A stretch of DNA of 64,000 nt, from NCBI GenBank assembly GCA_026026165.1, contig JAPEUD010000013.1:62001-126000 (forward strand), given 5' to 3'. Source of the stretch: Sarea resinae (Eukaryota). Numbering within the stretch: position 1 is the first letter of the stretch; the number at the start of each line of letters is the position of its first letter. Below are positions 22,261-36,386 of the stretch, piece by piece. Under the pieces are notes generated by a model, which had not been told where the DNA came from, did no database searches, and saw only the letters and a list, made by a program, of their open reading frames with translations. The translations under genes and the position numbers were made by a program.

Positions 22261-24688
22261 GTTTGGGCGTCTCACGGCAAAAGCAAGACGTCTATCCTCC
22301 TTGACGGTGCAAAAGGGGGTGCCGATGAAGAATCCAGGGACAGCCAATATATGTACGAACCATCCTCTGATGCATTGCGGCAAGCGATATGTGAGGTCTC
22401 AACCCAACGCCTACAGTAGTCGCAAAGCCAAGGAGCCATTTCCGCGCATCCTGGTAGATCGGATGCGCCAGACCATCATCACATCCTTTGCGGCAGATCA
22501 TCGCATCAGCGGGACTGAGATGCAAACATAATCAAGCCGGCGAAAAGGCAATCTAGACTTGCGTCCAAGCAAACGGGCATCGACGCGGTCGTACGATGGG
22601 CCGGGGAAGCCTTCATCGGCCTTCGTTGCTGGTCGTCGAGCGTGGAGGGAGAGTGGTAGTCAGCGACTAAGATGACTAGCCGGAGTCGATGGGGCCGAAC
22701 CCCCTTCTAAAGTCGCGTCAAATCGAGCTTAGGGGCAGGGGAGATCGCCCTAATGAATCGAGCAAGACAGTCGGGCAGGGATCGAGCACAGCAGGCTGGG
22801 GTCGGCCGTGGTCAGCCGGCCGCGTCCAATGGCGGTCGAGTTTAATCATGATAGTCGATGTGACGAAAGCCGCGCAAGGAAATTGGGGAAGACGAGAACG
22901 ACAATCGAGCAGAGAGGAGGCCGCGATGATAGGCCGCAGGAAATGCCAAGAGAGCCCGCTCGCCGTCAAGATCCCGCCACGGTGCATGTACGTTGATCGA
23001 AAGAGACTTCATAGTATCAGTTAACCGCCCGGCACGGCATTCCCGAGCTGTCCGTGAGGTGGTCCAGTGCAAGACATGCAGCCGTCAATCGACTGCCGGG
23101 ACCGTGTCTGACTCTATTCTTACTTACTCCCTTGATCTCGTATTGATGCATGGCCTGCTTGCCTGCTGGCCTGCTGGCCTGCTTGCTCGCTTGCTCGCTT
23201 GTTGATCTGGTCACCCTGGATGAGGATGAGGATGTTGATGATGGTGGTGATGATCTTGGCACATCCGACTCCACAGTTAGCCGGGTGGAGATGGTCAGCG
23301 CTCGTTATGGCGGTCCCCTGATTGGATCGACGCACGTTCTTCGACGCGATTCGGATCACGAAAAGCACGAAAAGCACGAAAGGCGAGCTCGCGTGGTCAG
23401 CCTTGGTCGTCGCACTGCTTCTCGTGTGGTGAAGCCGCCATTCGTACCGCGGATGATGCTGTCGACCTTGAGCCCGCTCGAGGCTGAGGCAGAGGCAGAG
23501 GCAGAGGCAGAGGCAGTGGACCGTCATACAGAGCTGGACGCAGTCATCGAGAAGACCGTCGTGTCAATACGGCTACACATCACTGGGAGCCTGAAGGCGC
23601 AAGGGAAGCTCGTGCCCTGCAGGCTGCAGCCCTGCAACAACCAGAATGACCCTGAATACCTTCCCGACCTTGGTCCAGTTCATACAGTACTCTACTCCGT
23701 ACATCCAACCCGGCTAATTGATGAGTTCAAGGGCCAAGCGACATCGAATGTTTCCCCTCCGAAAACAAAGTACAAAGTACCTCTACCTTGGTACTCCGGA
23801 AGGATCCGTGTAGCATGTTATGGACGATGGAAGTACTTCCTCCACTACTACTCCGGAGTATGTAAGCGACCGCAATGAGAACGCCCAAGGGCCCAGGGCC
23901 CATCCCATGGATCCCATCATCGTCATCCGCCTTAGTCACACCCGCCATCTACTACTTCATAATCGCCTCCGTCTCAGAGGCTGGAACCCCCAACGGCTTC
24001 CTCCGCAACCTAAACCCTTTGGTTTTCCCGTAATCAACCATGATTCCATCAATGCTTCTAGAAATCTAGACACCGGACCATTAACAATCCAGGAACCGGC
24101 CGGATGCTTCCTCCACGGCGCCATCATGCCTCCGCTTGAGTACTACCATAGTCTAGAATGGAGGAGAGTAGAGTATCCATTGTAGCTGCTCGACCGTGCT
24201 CGTCGATCCCATGATTCATGCACCACGTTTTTACCCGGCCGTCCTGACTTTCCCCAATGACACTAGAAGCACTTCCTACGCAGCAATAAGATAGCTGACC
24301 GGGGACGAGAACATGGATACCATCGTCGGTACCGTAAGGCGTTTCAAGACCTCAACAAGGCCCAAAGAGAGAGAGAGGGAGAGAGAGACGCTCAGCTCGA
24401 CGGGCGGAGAGAGCGAAGATGGCGCCACTCATTGCATCACGATCCGGCAGATTTGCTAATGGCATGGTTGGACCGTTCTTTTATCCAAACCCTCAACACG
24501 CTTGCCTGGGTCCCAGTACTATGTAAAGCAAAGCCACCAACGACACCGGAAGAAATGATCAAAGAAGCGACCTGAGGAATCATACAAGCACGATCGCCAT
24601 CGCCGCCGCCGCCGCCAATCTCCCCACTTTCACCCCGTCCGGACCCCCCAAAGAGTAACTCGATCCATGATACATGTGCTTGACAGAT

Positions 24689-27600
24689 CTATCCCCACGT
24701 GCCACCGCCACCACCCCTGCCCTGTCGTTTCTGCGCAGAGAGACGCCAGTCGTCCTCGCCTGCAAAACGGTTGTACAGCGGTTGGATCCGCTCGGCCTTC
24801 TTGCGCTTCGAGAGCCGGTCCGTTGGGGCCACTTTGAAGAAAGTAGGAGCCGCTTCGACGAGCCACTGTTGTTGTCATCAGTATTCGGACGCTATAGAGC
24901 ATTGTAGATAGACAGGAAGAGACATACCTTTGGCTCGATGGCCGTAGTGCAGTGCATGTACTCCTTCGTCGTGAGCACCAATGTATGAAAGATGACATGC
25001 TCTGCCGGCTTCCCGAACAGCGCCGAGCTGGGATGCATAGACACAGGCGTGCCCTCGATCAGCGTCTTGTATCCCTCGGATGGATCCTTGCGCGCCGCAT
25101 TGCGGAAAAATCCTGAGCACAGCGCTTGGCGAACGCGATTGGTGTTGCGTCCAGACGAGACAATCTGGTGCTTGTAACGCTCCATGATGCCGACGAGCTG
25201 CTGACGGACGTCCTGCGCACGACGCATGGAACGAGCTTGGATAAAATTCTCGAAACACCAAGGATTCGAGAACTTGGATTGTTTCCACCCGTTGTAGACG
25301 TTGAGGAGGGTGAGATGATCGCCGTGTGGGTCGTGGAACTTGGCTTTCTTTTGATCGGCTTGCTGCTGCTTCTCCTTGGGCCGATAGAAGACTGTCTGCA
25401 CCGAAAGCATGGCGACGATAGTAAGGATCTCATCTGAACAACCCATATCGACAGATGCGATAAGCACCTTGGCTAACGCGGGTTCCATAGGGAAATCGGC
25501 CATCTTCCGGCCAAGGCGAGTCAGGAGACCTTCATCGTCGAGGGCGGAGAGAGCGTACAGCTCTTCAAGCGCAGTCAGCATGGTGTTGGTGGGAGGGGGA
25601 TCCATGAAGTCGAAATGGAGAAGGTCATTGATGCCCATGGCCTTCAGCATGAGAATGGTGTGGGACAGATTCTGACGTTGAATTTCGGGGATTGAGTTTG
25701 GTAACATCTCGGATTGGTAGGCTGCCTCTGTGTACAATCTAAAGCATTTTCCGGGACCCGTTCTTCCTGCACGACCAGAACGTTGCCTAGCTTGGGCTTG
25801 CGAGATCGGCGTGACGACCAAGGAATCCATGCCCAGTTTGGGATCGTAGGCATTTTGCTTAACAAACCCTGGATCAATAACGTAGTAAATCTGATCGATC
25901 GTGATGGACGTCTCCGCAATATTGGTTGCGATAACGACTTTCCTGCTCCCGGGTGGGGCAGGATCGAAAATCTTGCTCTGCATTTCACTGGGCAGGGCAG
26001 AGTAGACCGGTAGGATGATGAGCTCTGGAACGCTAGGCCCGAGCGCTTTCATTCGCTCGTACAGAATCTCGCAACTGGTATCGATCTCCTCCTGCCCGGT
26101 CAAAAAGAGCAGAATATCTCCTTGAGGCTCGGTGAGATGGATCTGCATGACCGTAACAAGAGCTGCATCGAGATAGTCTGACTCTGGTTCTCTCGAATAC
26201 ATGATCTCAACGGGATACGTTCTTCCAGGGATCGAGAAGATCGGGCAGCCATTGAAATACTCGGAGAATTTGTCGGCATCAAGTGTAGCTGAGGTTACAA
26301 TCACCTTCAGATCCGGTCTCCGCTTTAGGGTCTTCTTCAGTAGACCAAACAGAACGTCGGTCGCGATCGTCCGCTCATGCGCCTCATCTAACATGATGAC
26401 CGAGTATTTCCTCACATCGGGATCCAATAAGACTTCTCGTTGCAGCATGCCGTCCGTCATATACTTGATTTTGGTTTCTGGGCTGGTACAATCCTCAAAA
26501 CGAATAGTATAGCCAACTTCTTGACCAAGCCGGCATCCGACTTCTTCCGCAACTCTCTTTGCCACCGACATTGCAGCGACACGACGTGGCTGAGTACATC
26601 CAATGATCCCATTGTTGGCAAAACCAGCCTCGGCGAGATACTGAGTCAATTGAGTAGTCTTTCCGGAGCCCGTGTCTCCGACGACAATCAAGAGCTGATT
26701 GTCGCGGACAGCATCCAACAGCTGGTTTCGAAACTTGTAAACTGGTAAGCTCTCTCGCTGGTCCTTGATAGACATCGATGTTCGTTTTCCAAAGGATTGG
26801 TCCTTGCTTTGAGTTGCGCGTTTCCATTCCGGCAAAGTCTCCCCGCCTTTATTCGGTTGCACGGTGCGTAGTTCACTGGCAAATTTCCTTTGATCGGCAC
26901 TGATCATAGGGTCTTGCCACTGTGCGTTGAGATCCACCTGGGAAGCTTGCTCTGCCGCCTTGTCTTGAAGCTCTTGTTGTCGAAGCTCCCGTCGTTCCTT
27001 TGCCAGTGATGTTCCTGCCATTGCAGCTCGATTAAGGGAGCCGTCAGGAGCTTTGACGACACGAATGGGAGATAGCTCTAGAGACTGCTTTGTTTGTCCC
27101 GCCAAGAACGGAGGTTCTTCGTCCTTGACCTCGATATCTATATCTTCCTCTTCCTCGAAGGTTCCCTCGCCAGTCAACGTAGCATTGTACTCTTCGTCGA
27201 TATCTGGATAATCCTGTGCAGATATGGCGCCCGATGCAATCAACTGTTTTATCTCCCATCGCTCTGGTGAAGTCATTCGCTTTTTGTTCTTCATCGACCT
27301 GCCATTCATATCTCCCTCAATGACAGGAACTTCTGAACTAAGACTGCCATATCTGCTATTGCCGTTGGCCCCATTTCCCATTCCTTGACCGTCAAGACTC
27401 TCCATGTTTGCGCCCGAAGCCAACCGTTTCTGCGGTACAAGGTCTCGGCCAGTGACCTGGTCCACTTCCTTCATGGAGAGCCCTATCCGTGAGTCTTGGA
27501 TACTGACTACCTTGACCTTCACGGGCTGATTTCTTGAAACAAGGTCAGAGGGATGATTGACCCGTGCCCCCTCTTGCATAGCTGAAACGTGTACCAACCC

Positions 27601-28458
27601 ATCCACCTTTCCCTTCACTCCTTGAAGATTGACAAAAGCCCCAAAGTCCTTTACGCCAGTCACCCGGCCATCGTAAATTTTGAACAATATTGGGGCATCG
27701 TCAATCTCGGGCGTGGGAGGCCGCTTGAAATAGTCGTCGTCCTCCCGATTCCTCCGCCTGCTGCTCTTGTGTCCATCTCTTCTGCTCCTGTCCCGTTTAT
27801 CATAGCCATCTCGTCCATCAAGGCCATCGAAAACGTAGTCGTCATTCCGGCCTCTTCTATGACCCCGATCTCGGCTGTGAGACGGAGAACTAGACCGACG
27901 TCTTTCTCTTCTGCTTCTGCCTCGACCATAGTCCTCGTCAATCTCAGGGCTACGGCTGCGCTTCCGGTTTGACCGTCCATTCTTCTCCTCTTTGGACTTC
28001 CCAGCCAAGCTCTCCAGCATCGCAAAGGTGTCATCCAGCGCTTCCATCTTTGCATCGCCCTCAGTCGCTTTTGTCTTGTCGTCCGTATAATCCTCTTCCG
28101 TGAAAGGGCGCTCCTGGTCAGGCACAGCTAAGCCCTTGAATATCCTCGTCTTCTTCTCGATCGGGTCCAGCTTGATATCGTCTTCCTTTTCGCCACTTCT
28201 CTTGTTCCCATTCGCGGCTTGCTTGTACTTTGGGTGCATCGCAAGGATGGATCGGTCGATACTTTCGACCAAGCTGAGCGGGAAGTCGGCGCCCATCTCG
28301 TCGAGCTTCGAGCGATACTCTTGTAGAGAGCTGCATTTTGAATGCAGGTCTATCACAAATTCGGCGAGCGTCTTGTCGTTGATGCCGAGATGGTTCTGGA
28401 GCTCGGAAGTGACCTTTGAGACGAGGGACAGAAACTCGAGGGACGCAAGATCATCCAT
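24689..28458 (-). CDS. PRP22: Spliceosomal DEAH-box RNA helicase Prp22; exons 28458-24928 and 24865-24689
   Basis: N-terminal PWI-like region, RS-rich segment, S1 domain (KDFGAFV), GDTGSGKTTQ, DEAH, SAT and QRSGRAGR. The last exon reads WLVEAAPTFFKVAP...DWRLS. Confidence 0.96.
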
Positions 28459-29327
28459 CTTGGGTGGCTGCAAAACGGCGCATCAGCAGATGATGCTGAG
28501 AAGACCGCGAAAGCCGGGTCAATACTGCGTTGCTGCCGGCGGTTTCAATAGTAGGTGGTTGAATAATACTTTCCGAGGTCGAAGGCTTTCTACAGCGTAA
28601 AGCGGCGATAGAATAATTGGGTGGCGGATCGCTGACGCCTGCCGTACACTCTCCGTCACGCGGTTATGCCGTTTGCGCAACTAACCACGACATCCATGAT
28701 GCATCATCCCTCATTGTTTACGACCGTTTTGTCTGGTTATGCATGGAAATCGTCAGGGTTTCAGCTTTTTCTTTTCACTATACTACGAACGTCGATCCCG
28801 CATGTCTACTTACAAAGCTACGAGAGCCCGTGTGAGCCATGCAAAAAGAATTGCATTGGAAACTGCATTGGACCAACGAGCATCCAGTGCTACCCTTGTA
28901 GCTGTTGATTGAAGCCTAATATTATGGTTGTGTCACATACTCAAGGCCAGACTTACTTGAGTAGTCACGGATCAATTAAGAAATAAGAGATATATAGAGC
29001 CATGCTGAATTTGTAGGCGATAATCAGCTTGTGGTGTTTCGGCTCTTCTTATGGTTCGCGCGGGGTCAAACGAGGAGGCTGAAATGCAAGGCATGCAGGA
29101 GGGATTCGATGAACGCAAGAGTGTAGGTAGGATATGGATGGACTGTGCACGAGAGATGAAAGAAGGATATCTAACACCCATCAAAACCCGTCTTACAAAA
29201 CAGAACGCCCAAGGTTGATACTCGAGAAATGAACATGATGCTAACCCGTTTCCGCCCCTATATCATGCCATGCCATGCCATGACATCATATGAAGAATCA
29301 GTACAATACAACTGCAATACTGCGTCT

Positions 29328-31827
29328 CTACTTCTTTGACGAGAAAAAGTGATGTTTCTTCTTCTTCTCGTCCTTCTTCGGCTTTCCACCTATTACAATA
29401 GCTGGAGGTGCGCTGGCTGACTCGCCCTGCGCTGCTCCGGGCCCAGATCCATTGGTAGCGCCTGACTTGCCTGCAGATGCAAATGACATGGCTGCCATGC
29501 TCGCCGCCAAAGCTGCTGGCTTCTTCGCCTGGGCTGGTGGCGCAGCTGGTGCGGTTTGCGGCTTAGGTTCCGGCTCGAATAGGTGGGCCGGGGCTTTTGG
29601 TGGCGGTCTTAGGGCCGGAATATCGAGCATGCGTTTATCGACACTCAAATCTTGGACTTGTCTCAGGAAAAGTCCAGGGGTAAGCATGTGCGAAGTGGCA
29701 AGAACGACGTCACGTGGGGCGTCCGGGGTGGCAGAGATGTCGTAGCAGGCGCGGGCCTCGGAGTAGGTGGCGCCGCCGGCAACGAAGACAACGATGCGCT
29801 GCCGGGGTTCCGTGGACGAGAGGCGCGATTTCGCCCAAGTCGGTTTGGCGCTGCGGAGAGAGGCTTGCGAAATATTATCGTGAGCTCCTGATAGGGGATC
29901 CGGGGCGTCAAGATGGGGTTTGGTGAAAGGAAAGACCGTTTGGTCTAGAGTGCCCCTGACATGTTCTTCGAGCATGCGCTTTAACGCTGGTTCGAAGCGG
30001 GAGAGATCGTATGATTCGTCTGATGCTGGTTGTGGAGCTTTTGTTTTGTTGTTGAAGAGGGGCTGGGGCGGAGGGCGATTGTCTTTCAGGGCTTTGTGGA
30101 CGCGGGCACCGAGGAGGTCGAGATTTGTGATGGCTTCGCCGTCTTGAGGGGGTAGCTGGGAATGCGCAAGGAGTTTTTGGATGTCGGCGGGGAGAAGGCC
30201 ATCGCGATAAAGGTCATATAGGATAATGAGACGTAGCCGGTCCGGAGGCGACACGCTCTCATCATCAAGAAGGCGGACAATCTGGCCGGCTACACCCTTG
30301 GGCTTCTTGTCATCTTCATCACGGCCGGTAGCAAGTACCTATAGGAGTTAGATGGTTTGCAGTACTGGTTGAGTAGAGGAAAAGTGTACTGACCTGCTCA
30401 ACGGAGGCTAAGTCTGGCAATTTTCTGCGCTGGAAAATATTCATGCATTCTTGGGCCATGCTTAGATGTAAAGAGTATGCTTCTTTGAGTTCCTGAAATT
30501 GTGGTAGACCCGCAAGCATGTCTTTGATCGCATTTAAACTATTCGGATTCTCGTCTCTGCAAGAACATCAGCTCTTGATCATTGTTATCAAAGGCACGAC
30601 GTACTTGTTCGTGAAATGAGGATTGTCCTGCATAAATTTCTGGAAGTCTCCCATTAATTTCTCGATGGTATCTTTCATATGTTGATGTCGATTCTCCACC
30701 CATATTCTATCCTTTTCCCCTATCTCCATATCTTTCTCCTCTTGATTCGGTTCACCTTCATTGACAATTGTCTTATAGAGTACCTTGTCACCTTCTCTTA
30801 TTGGAAGCAAGTCATGTGCCATAGCCTGGTAGGTGAATTCGTGGACCAGGGGCGCATAGAGATCCATAGACCGGTCGGTGATGAATAAAGCGCCTCGTGG
30901 ACGAGTGGACGGGGGAGGAAAATCTTCATGGAATTTGGCATATTGATCCAGCTCCTCCTGCACAAATCGAGCAAGATGAGAGCATAAAACACTGGCTTCA
31001 TGGAGGGGGTTTCGTGGCCGGTAGTACCGGATCGTAGGATATTCTCCTAAAGAGACACAGACTGCAACAATCTCCAATACTCAGTATTCAGTATCCTCCA
31101 TGAGAGTAAGGCATTACCTTTTGGGCAAGGTTTTCCATGTGCTGTCTGACTAGACCGTTCAGGGCTGGATGGAAGAGAACAGGAAAACTCCAAGGATCTC
31201 GAAATGTGGCCAGATGTGATTCTCGAGGGAAGTAGTCGATATTTAATACCCTAAATTGGGCGATCTGGTCTCTTGCTGGGGGAGACTTGTCTAATCGGCC
31301 GCGCGAGACTGGATCGAGTACTGCTGATGTCAACTTCCGCTTCGCACAGAGGAGAATTCATCTTACTTGAAGTCCAGAGCAAGAACGACTTGCGATACCG
31401 TCGCCTCTCAAAGTCCGCCAGCAGACAATCTACGATATGAGGTTGAGGAGAAAGGAAATATACGGCAAGCATATCCTTATTCATGGGCCGCTTGTGTTCG
31501 ATCTGCTCAATGTCTGACTGATCAGGCTAAGTCCATCTTCCGCAGACAATGCGAACATACTGGTGACATTTTCGTTCAGAATGTCGTCTTCTTTCAAGAC
31601 GTTGTCAATGAGCTTCTTGCTTGTCTCGTCGATGACCAGGACCTTCCACTAGGGGTCTGTTAGAGCTGACGAGAACAAGTCGGTATGAGGGATTGGGCTC
31701 CGTACTTCTCCTTGCGCTGTGTGCCGGATCGTGGAGAGGATGACTGAAGATCGGATCAGTCTCAGAGCATTTCAATCGGAGGGAAATATATACGGTCGCG
31801 CTGTATATCAATGAGCGACACGCCCAT
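29328..31827 (-). CDS. SEC1: Sec1/Munc18 exocytic SM protein; exons 31827-31794, 31743-31706, 31648-31561, 31513-31367, 31320-31118, 31071-30605, 30556-30394, 30338-29328
   Basis: Spliced start [18 protein letters not shown]...WKVLVIDE, then [39 protein letters not shown] and [10 protein letters not shown]. Confidence 0.92.
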
Positions 31828-32382
31828 GCTGGACCGCCGGTATGGCCTCCCACACCACGTGCGGAGCCGTTGCGGCACTGAGGAATTGGAGGAGACGGAT
31901 GATTTGAAGAGATGGAAAGAGTCGGATGGAGCTCGAGACGGTGGCTGATGACAAGATCAAAGGTGATCGAGAGTTACAGCGAGGACTTGGGGGTTGATAT
32001 CATGAGTTCATTACTATTGACTATCGATTGCTGGTAAGGAGGGGATGGCTGAACGATGATGATTGCTAGGTTGGTAGCAGTATCCAGCCGTATCTTTATG
32101 CTTGATCCCTCAATACAGTATCTCGCATAGACCCAGAGCGCTCACATGCGGCTCGGCGTCGCCCAAACATTTCTCCGCTAATCCCAGTCCCGACGTCAAT
32201 AATACCTATGAAGAGCCCTCGGGCTACAGCCTTGACTACCCGGATTGAATAGCACTATTCTGTAGCTCGCAAGCCTGGATATTTCTCTTCCTATCTTCTT
32301 GTACCACGTCATCGAGATCGGTTTCTTCTCCTCGACCTTTTTCTAACGGGGAAAGATGCGACGATAGCAAGGGGAGGGAAAA

Positions 32383-34793
32383 ATGCGAGCTTCTGGAGGC
32401 CAAGGCGGCCAGTGCATATTCTGCGCCCTGCGCCGCCCAAGATTTATCCCGCCACGACCACAAATTGGACGACCCACAGGTCGTGCTTCACCAGCGAGTT
32501 CAGCTACGGTCTTCTCCAGGCCTTCCAGTACTCTAAGATGGAGGGTAGGGTACTTTTCTGTCTGGGAGTTGCTCTGGAGCTTACATATTCTCAGATACGC
32601 AGGGACTCGAGGCCGGAGAATGCAATCTTTGCTACGAAAGTGAGGTCACAACAACCGAATCATCATCTTCGAAGTCGTACCGGATACGAAGACTTGGAAG
32701 ATATCATTACAAAGCGTACAGATCTCCTGCTGGGAGATGAAAAAGTTAAGAAATTACCATTGGTCCAGAGCCTCAATCTTTCATCCGAAGAATACGAGCG
32801 AATGGCGCGGAGATTCAAGGCTACTGTGATGGCGATCTTTAACCCGGATCGTTCTGATACGAAGCAACAACTCTTGAAGAAGCTTCGCACCGCTTTTGTC
32901 GATCAGGACTACGATGGTTTGGACGACGAATTGAAATATGAATTCTTTCTCAGCATTACCAAGACCAGACTCTCTAAAGCCGACGTCAAACGTCAGAGGA
33001 TGCTTGCTGATCTGCGATATCCGATCGAATGGTATCCAGGCACGAGGGAAATGCAACGAACAATACATCTTCATGTCGGACCGACAAATTCGGGCAAAAC
33101 CTACCATGCCTTGAAGAAACTTGAGGCGGCCAAGTCCGGAGTGTACGCAGGCCCACTAAAGTTACTTGCTCATGAAGTCTACACGCGCTTGAGCGCTCTC
33201 GGTCGGCCTTGCAATTTGATTACTGGCGACCACCGTATAATAGAAGCAAAGCTGGACCAGTCACTCAGTACTTGTACGGTAGAGATGATCCCACTCAACG
33301 TCAATCTTGATGTGGCTGTCATAGACGAAGTTCAAATGCTTGCCCATGATTACCGCGGATGGGCATGGACGCAAGCATTACTTGGAGTCAAGGCAAAGGA
33401 GGTTCATCTATGTGGAGAGGAACGCGCGGTCCCATTAGTCCGAGAATTAGCAGTCGCCATGGGTGACAAGCTTGAGATGCATCATTACAAACGTCTCAGT
33501 CCATTAAAGATGATGAGTACAAGTCTGGAGGGCGACCTGAAAAAACTTAGAAAGGGGGATTGTATTGTCGTTTTCTCAAGAAAAGCTATACATGCGATGA
33601 AACGCGAAATCGAACGACTGACTGGGAAGAGAGTAGCCATGGTCTATGGATCCCTACCCCCGGAGACGAGAGCGCAACAGGCAAAGTTGTTTAATGATCC
33701 GGACAATGAGTATGATATCCTTGTTGCGAGTGATGCCATTGGAATGGGATTGAATCTGTGAGTTGCCACATTCTTGCTGCAGCATCTTCTTCTGACGTGA
33801 CTGCTAATTCATCAAAGCAATATTAAACGGATCATTTTCGAGTCCGTGGCAAAAAATAACGGAATAACATATTCAACCTTGGACGTATCGAACATCAAAC
33901 AAATTGCGGGCAGAGCGGGTCGGTATCGTACTGCCGAACAAGCAACAGCTGAAGCTAGACCAAAAGAAGGAAAATCAATTGCCCCCGCCATACCACCTAC
34001 GAAAAGTCTAGGACTGGTCACAACTATGGAAAAGTTTGACCTTCGGATCGTTCAGCAAGCTATGGATTCGGAAGCGGACTCTCTGAAAACTGCAGGGATT
34101 TTCCCTCCTTATACCATTCTTGAACAATTTGCGGGCTATTTCCCCCCTGAGACGCCTTTCAGCTATATCCTGCTCAGATTACACGAGCTCTCCAAGATGC
34201 ATCCACGGTTTCATCTCTGCTCGCTGCAAGACCAGATATTCATCGCTGATCTTATACACAACATCAAAGGCCTTACAATATCCGATAGAGCTACTATAAC
34301 TGCAGCACCTCTTCATTACCGAGATCCACTGATGCCGCCGATGATGGAAGCCTTTGCGAAAAGCATCGCCAGTCAACGGAGCTGCAGCTTACTCGACTAT
34401 CCGGAAATCAATTTAGAGGTTCTCGACGAGCCGCAGTCTCGGGACCCGGACTACCTAAAGCGTTTGGAGTCGCTGCACGGAGGTATGGTGTTGTATTTGT
34501 GGTTAAGCTACCGATTTCCTGGTGTCTTCCCGAGCAGGCCTTTGGCAATGCACGTCAGGGAGAGTGTGGAACGAAGGATCGACAACGTCTTAGACCAAAC
34601 AGAGTACAATCCGAAATTCATGGCAAAGAATAGACGTCTCAGGGAAGAGTCGGTGCTCCGAGATCTCACCTTGGGTTCCTTGGATGAGAAAATTGATAGC
34701 AAGGCTGCAGCAGCACATGGCCAATCTGAGGACGCAGATGTAAATGAGCTGTCAGAAGAGCCACCCGAAGAGCGAAAGGCAGCGGTAGCTTGA
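32383..34793 (+). CDS. SUV3: Mitochondrial degradosome RNA helicase Suv3; exons 32383-32544, 32595-33757, 33818-34793
   Basis: HVGPTNSGKTYHAL, IDEVQM, RGWAWTQA, VASDAIGMGLNL and KQIAGRAGRY. The N-terminus is Arg-rich and presequence-like. Two frame-preserving introns. Confidence 0.94.
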
Positions 34794-36386
34794 TTGCTGA
34801 CATAACAGTGCATTGCCTCAATCTAAGACAGCACAGATTTCGAAAAGAAATGATCGTCTAGTGAAATAATACATCACTTGTCTATACCATCGCGGGGCCG
34901 TCAAATTCGTAGGCCCGTCTTCACAAGTCTGTCATCGCAGGTCTGTCAGTTTTCAGATCCGCCAATCTTTCTGGACTACGCTTGCTTTGGTCTTGCCTTT
35001 GCCTTCGAGTCAGGCCAACTCATCCATGGATACCTTGGATACGTTACGCATGATTTCGGTTTGAGCCAGCATTTCCAGCGAATTCATCGGAACTGCCGAT
35101 CGCTTTTGCAAGGTAGACCTGCAAATCTCCTATATAGCCTCAAGCCGAAGATTTGCTCTTCTTTTGCCTCACTGTATCTCATGCAAACGAAGACTTGGCG
35201 ATTGAATGTCCTGAGCTTCGGTCTTATATCAAAGCTCGAGCCTTTTCTGCCATCCGCCATTTGAAATTGGCCATAGTTGTCAAGGTGATCTTCATATCAA
35301 CGCATTGAATATGTTTGGCCAAAGCTTGTTCCGAAGACATGGTCCCTCACACGTTCAATCCAGCCACAATCTTAGCTCGACATAACCAAAGTTGATAAAG
35401 TTCCTAAGGCGGCAATGGCACCCTGGCTGAGAATGATCGAAATGCAAGTTGGCAATACCTACCTTACCTTCCATACAGCATCGCGGTTTCCATATTTAGC
35501 CATGGCTCTTTCTATGTTTATTTTCAATTGAATCAAGACGACTTCATAGCTCAAACCTCATCAATAAGCCTTGTTCCTCCCCTTCTCAACTGCCTTCCAT
35601 TCTCTTCTCGATTGACTTCTCACTTATCATCCACTCCCATATCGTGATGTGGGCGCGCATTGGAACTCATCAAAACACTCGTCAACTTTCTGGATCTGCA
35701 TTAGCACCGTCCTTGGCTTTGGTCCACTGTTGATATCTCCGTCCGTTGGGTATTGAAGTTATTAATACTAGCAGCGTCATTATCGTCCTTGTCAACATCA
35801 TTCACTTCTTGACACGGGTCATTAGAGTTTTGGGTGATAAATCATCATCTTTAAATCCTCGTAAGTCTCCGTCCACACTTGCTGATCCCCTTTCTTCAAC
35901 TTCAAACCTTGCATCTTCTCGCATCAGTATTCTTGTCTGCATATTCTTCAGTGATGGTACCCAAGCTCTTGCTCACCCAATTTCTAATCCTCTATGAGCT
36001 TGAAAACTCATTTAGGATCCGCCATTTCGTCTGATATTCACCATCTTGTTGACCCCTCCCCCCCCTCGTCCATAGTTCCCTTCACTGCAATTCTCTATCA
36101 ATCTTGCAGTTGTCGGTCTTTCATGACTCAAATCGTGAAGAGCTACTCTGTCATCAAGCATTCTCGTGAACGACACAGTGCCGTTAAGCAGATCTGTGAA
36201 GGTCAGTGCCACACCTTCTGTGGAGTATGACCCCCATAATCGGCCACTCCACATCAGATTCCATCCACTGGGTCTTGAGGAACCACCTTTGATTAGTCTG
36301 CCTCTAGGGTCCAGAGAGTTCTTCTGGGACCTTTTCTTACCTGTCTTTAGGTCTGGGGCCTGTTCACTCGTTGCTAGCACCAGAAT

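Noticed and set aside
23150..24185. ORFs of 242 and 121 aa upstream of the catalase
   Set aside because: Non-ATG starts, partly SSR-derived sequence, and no motifs or supporting splice structure.
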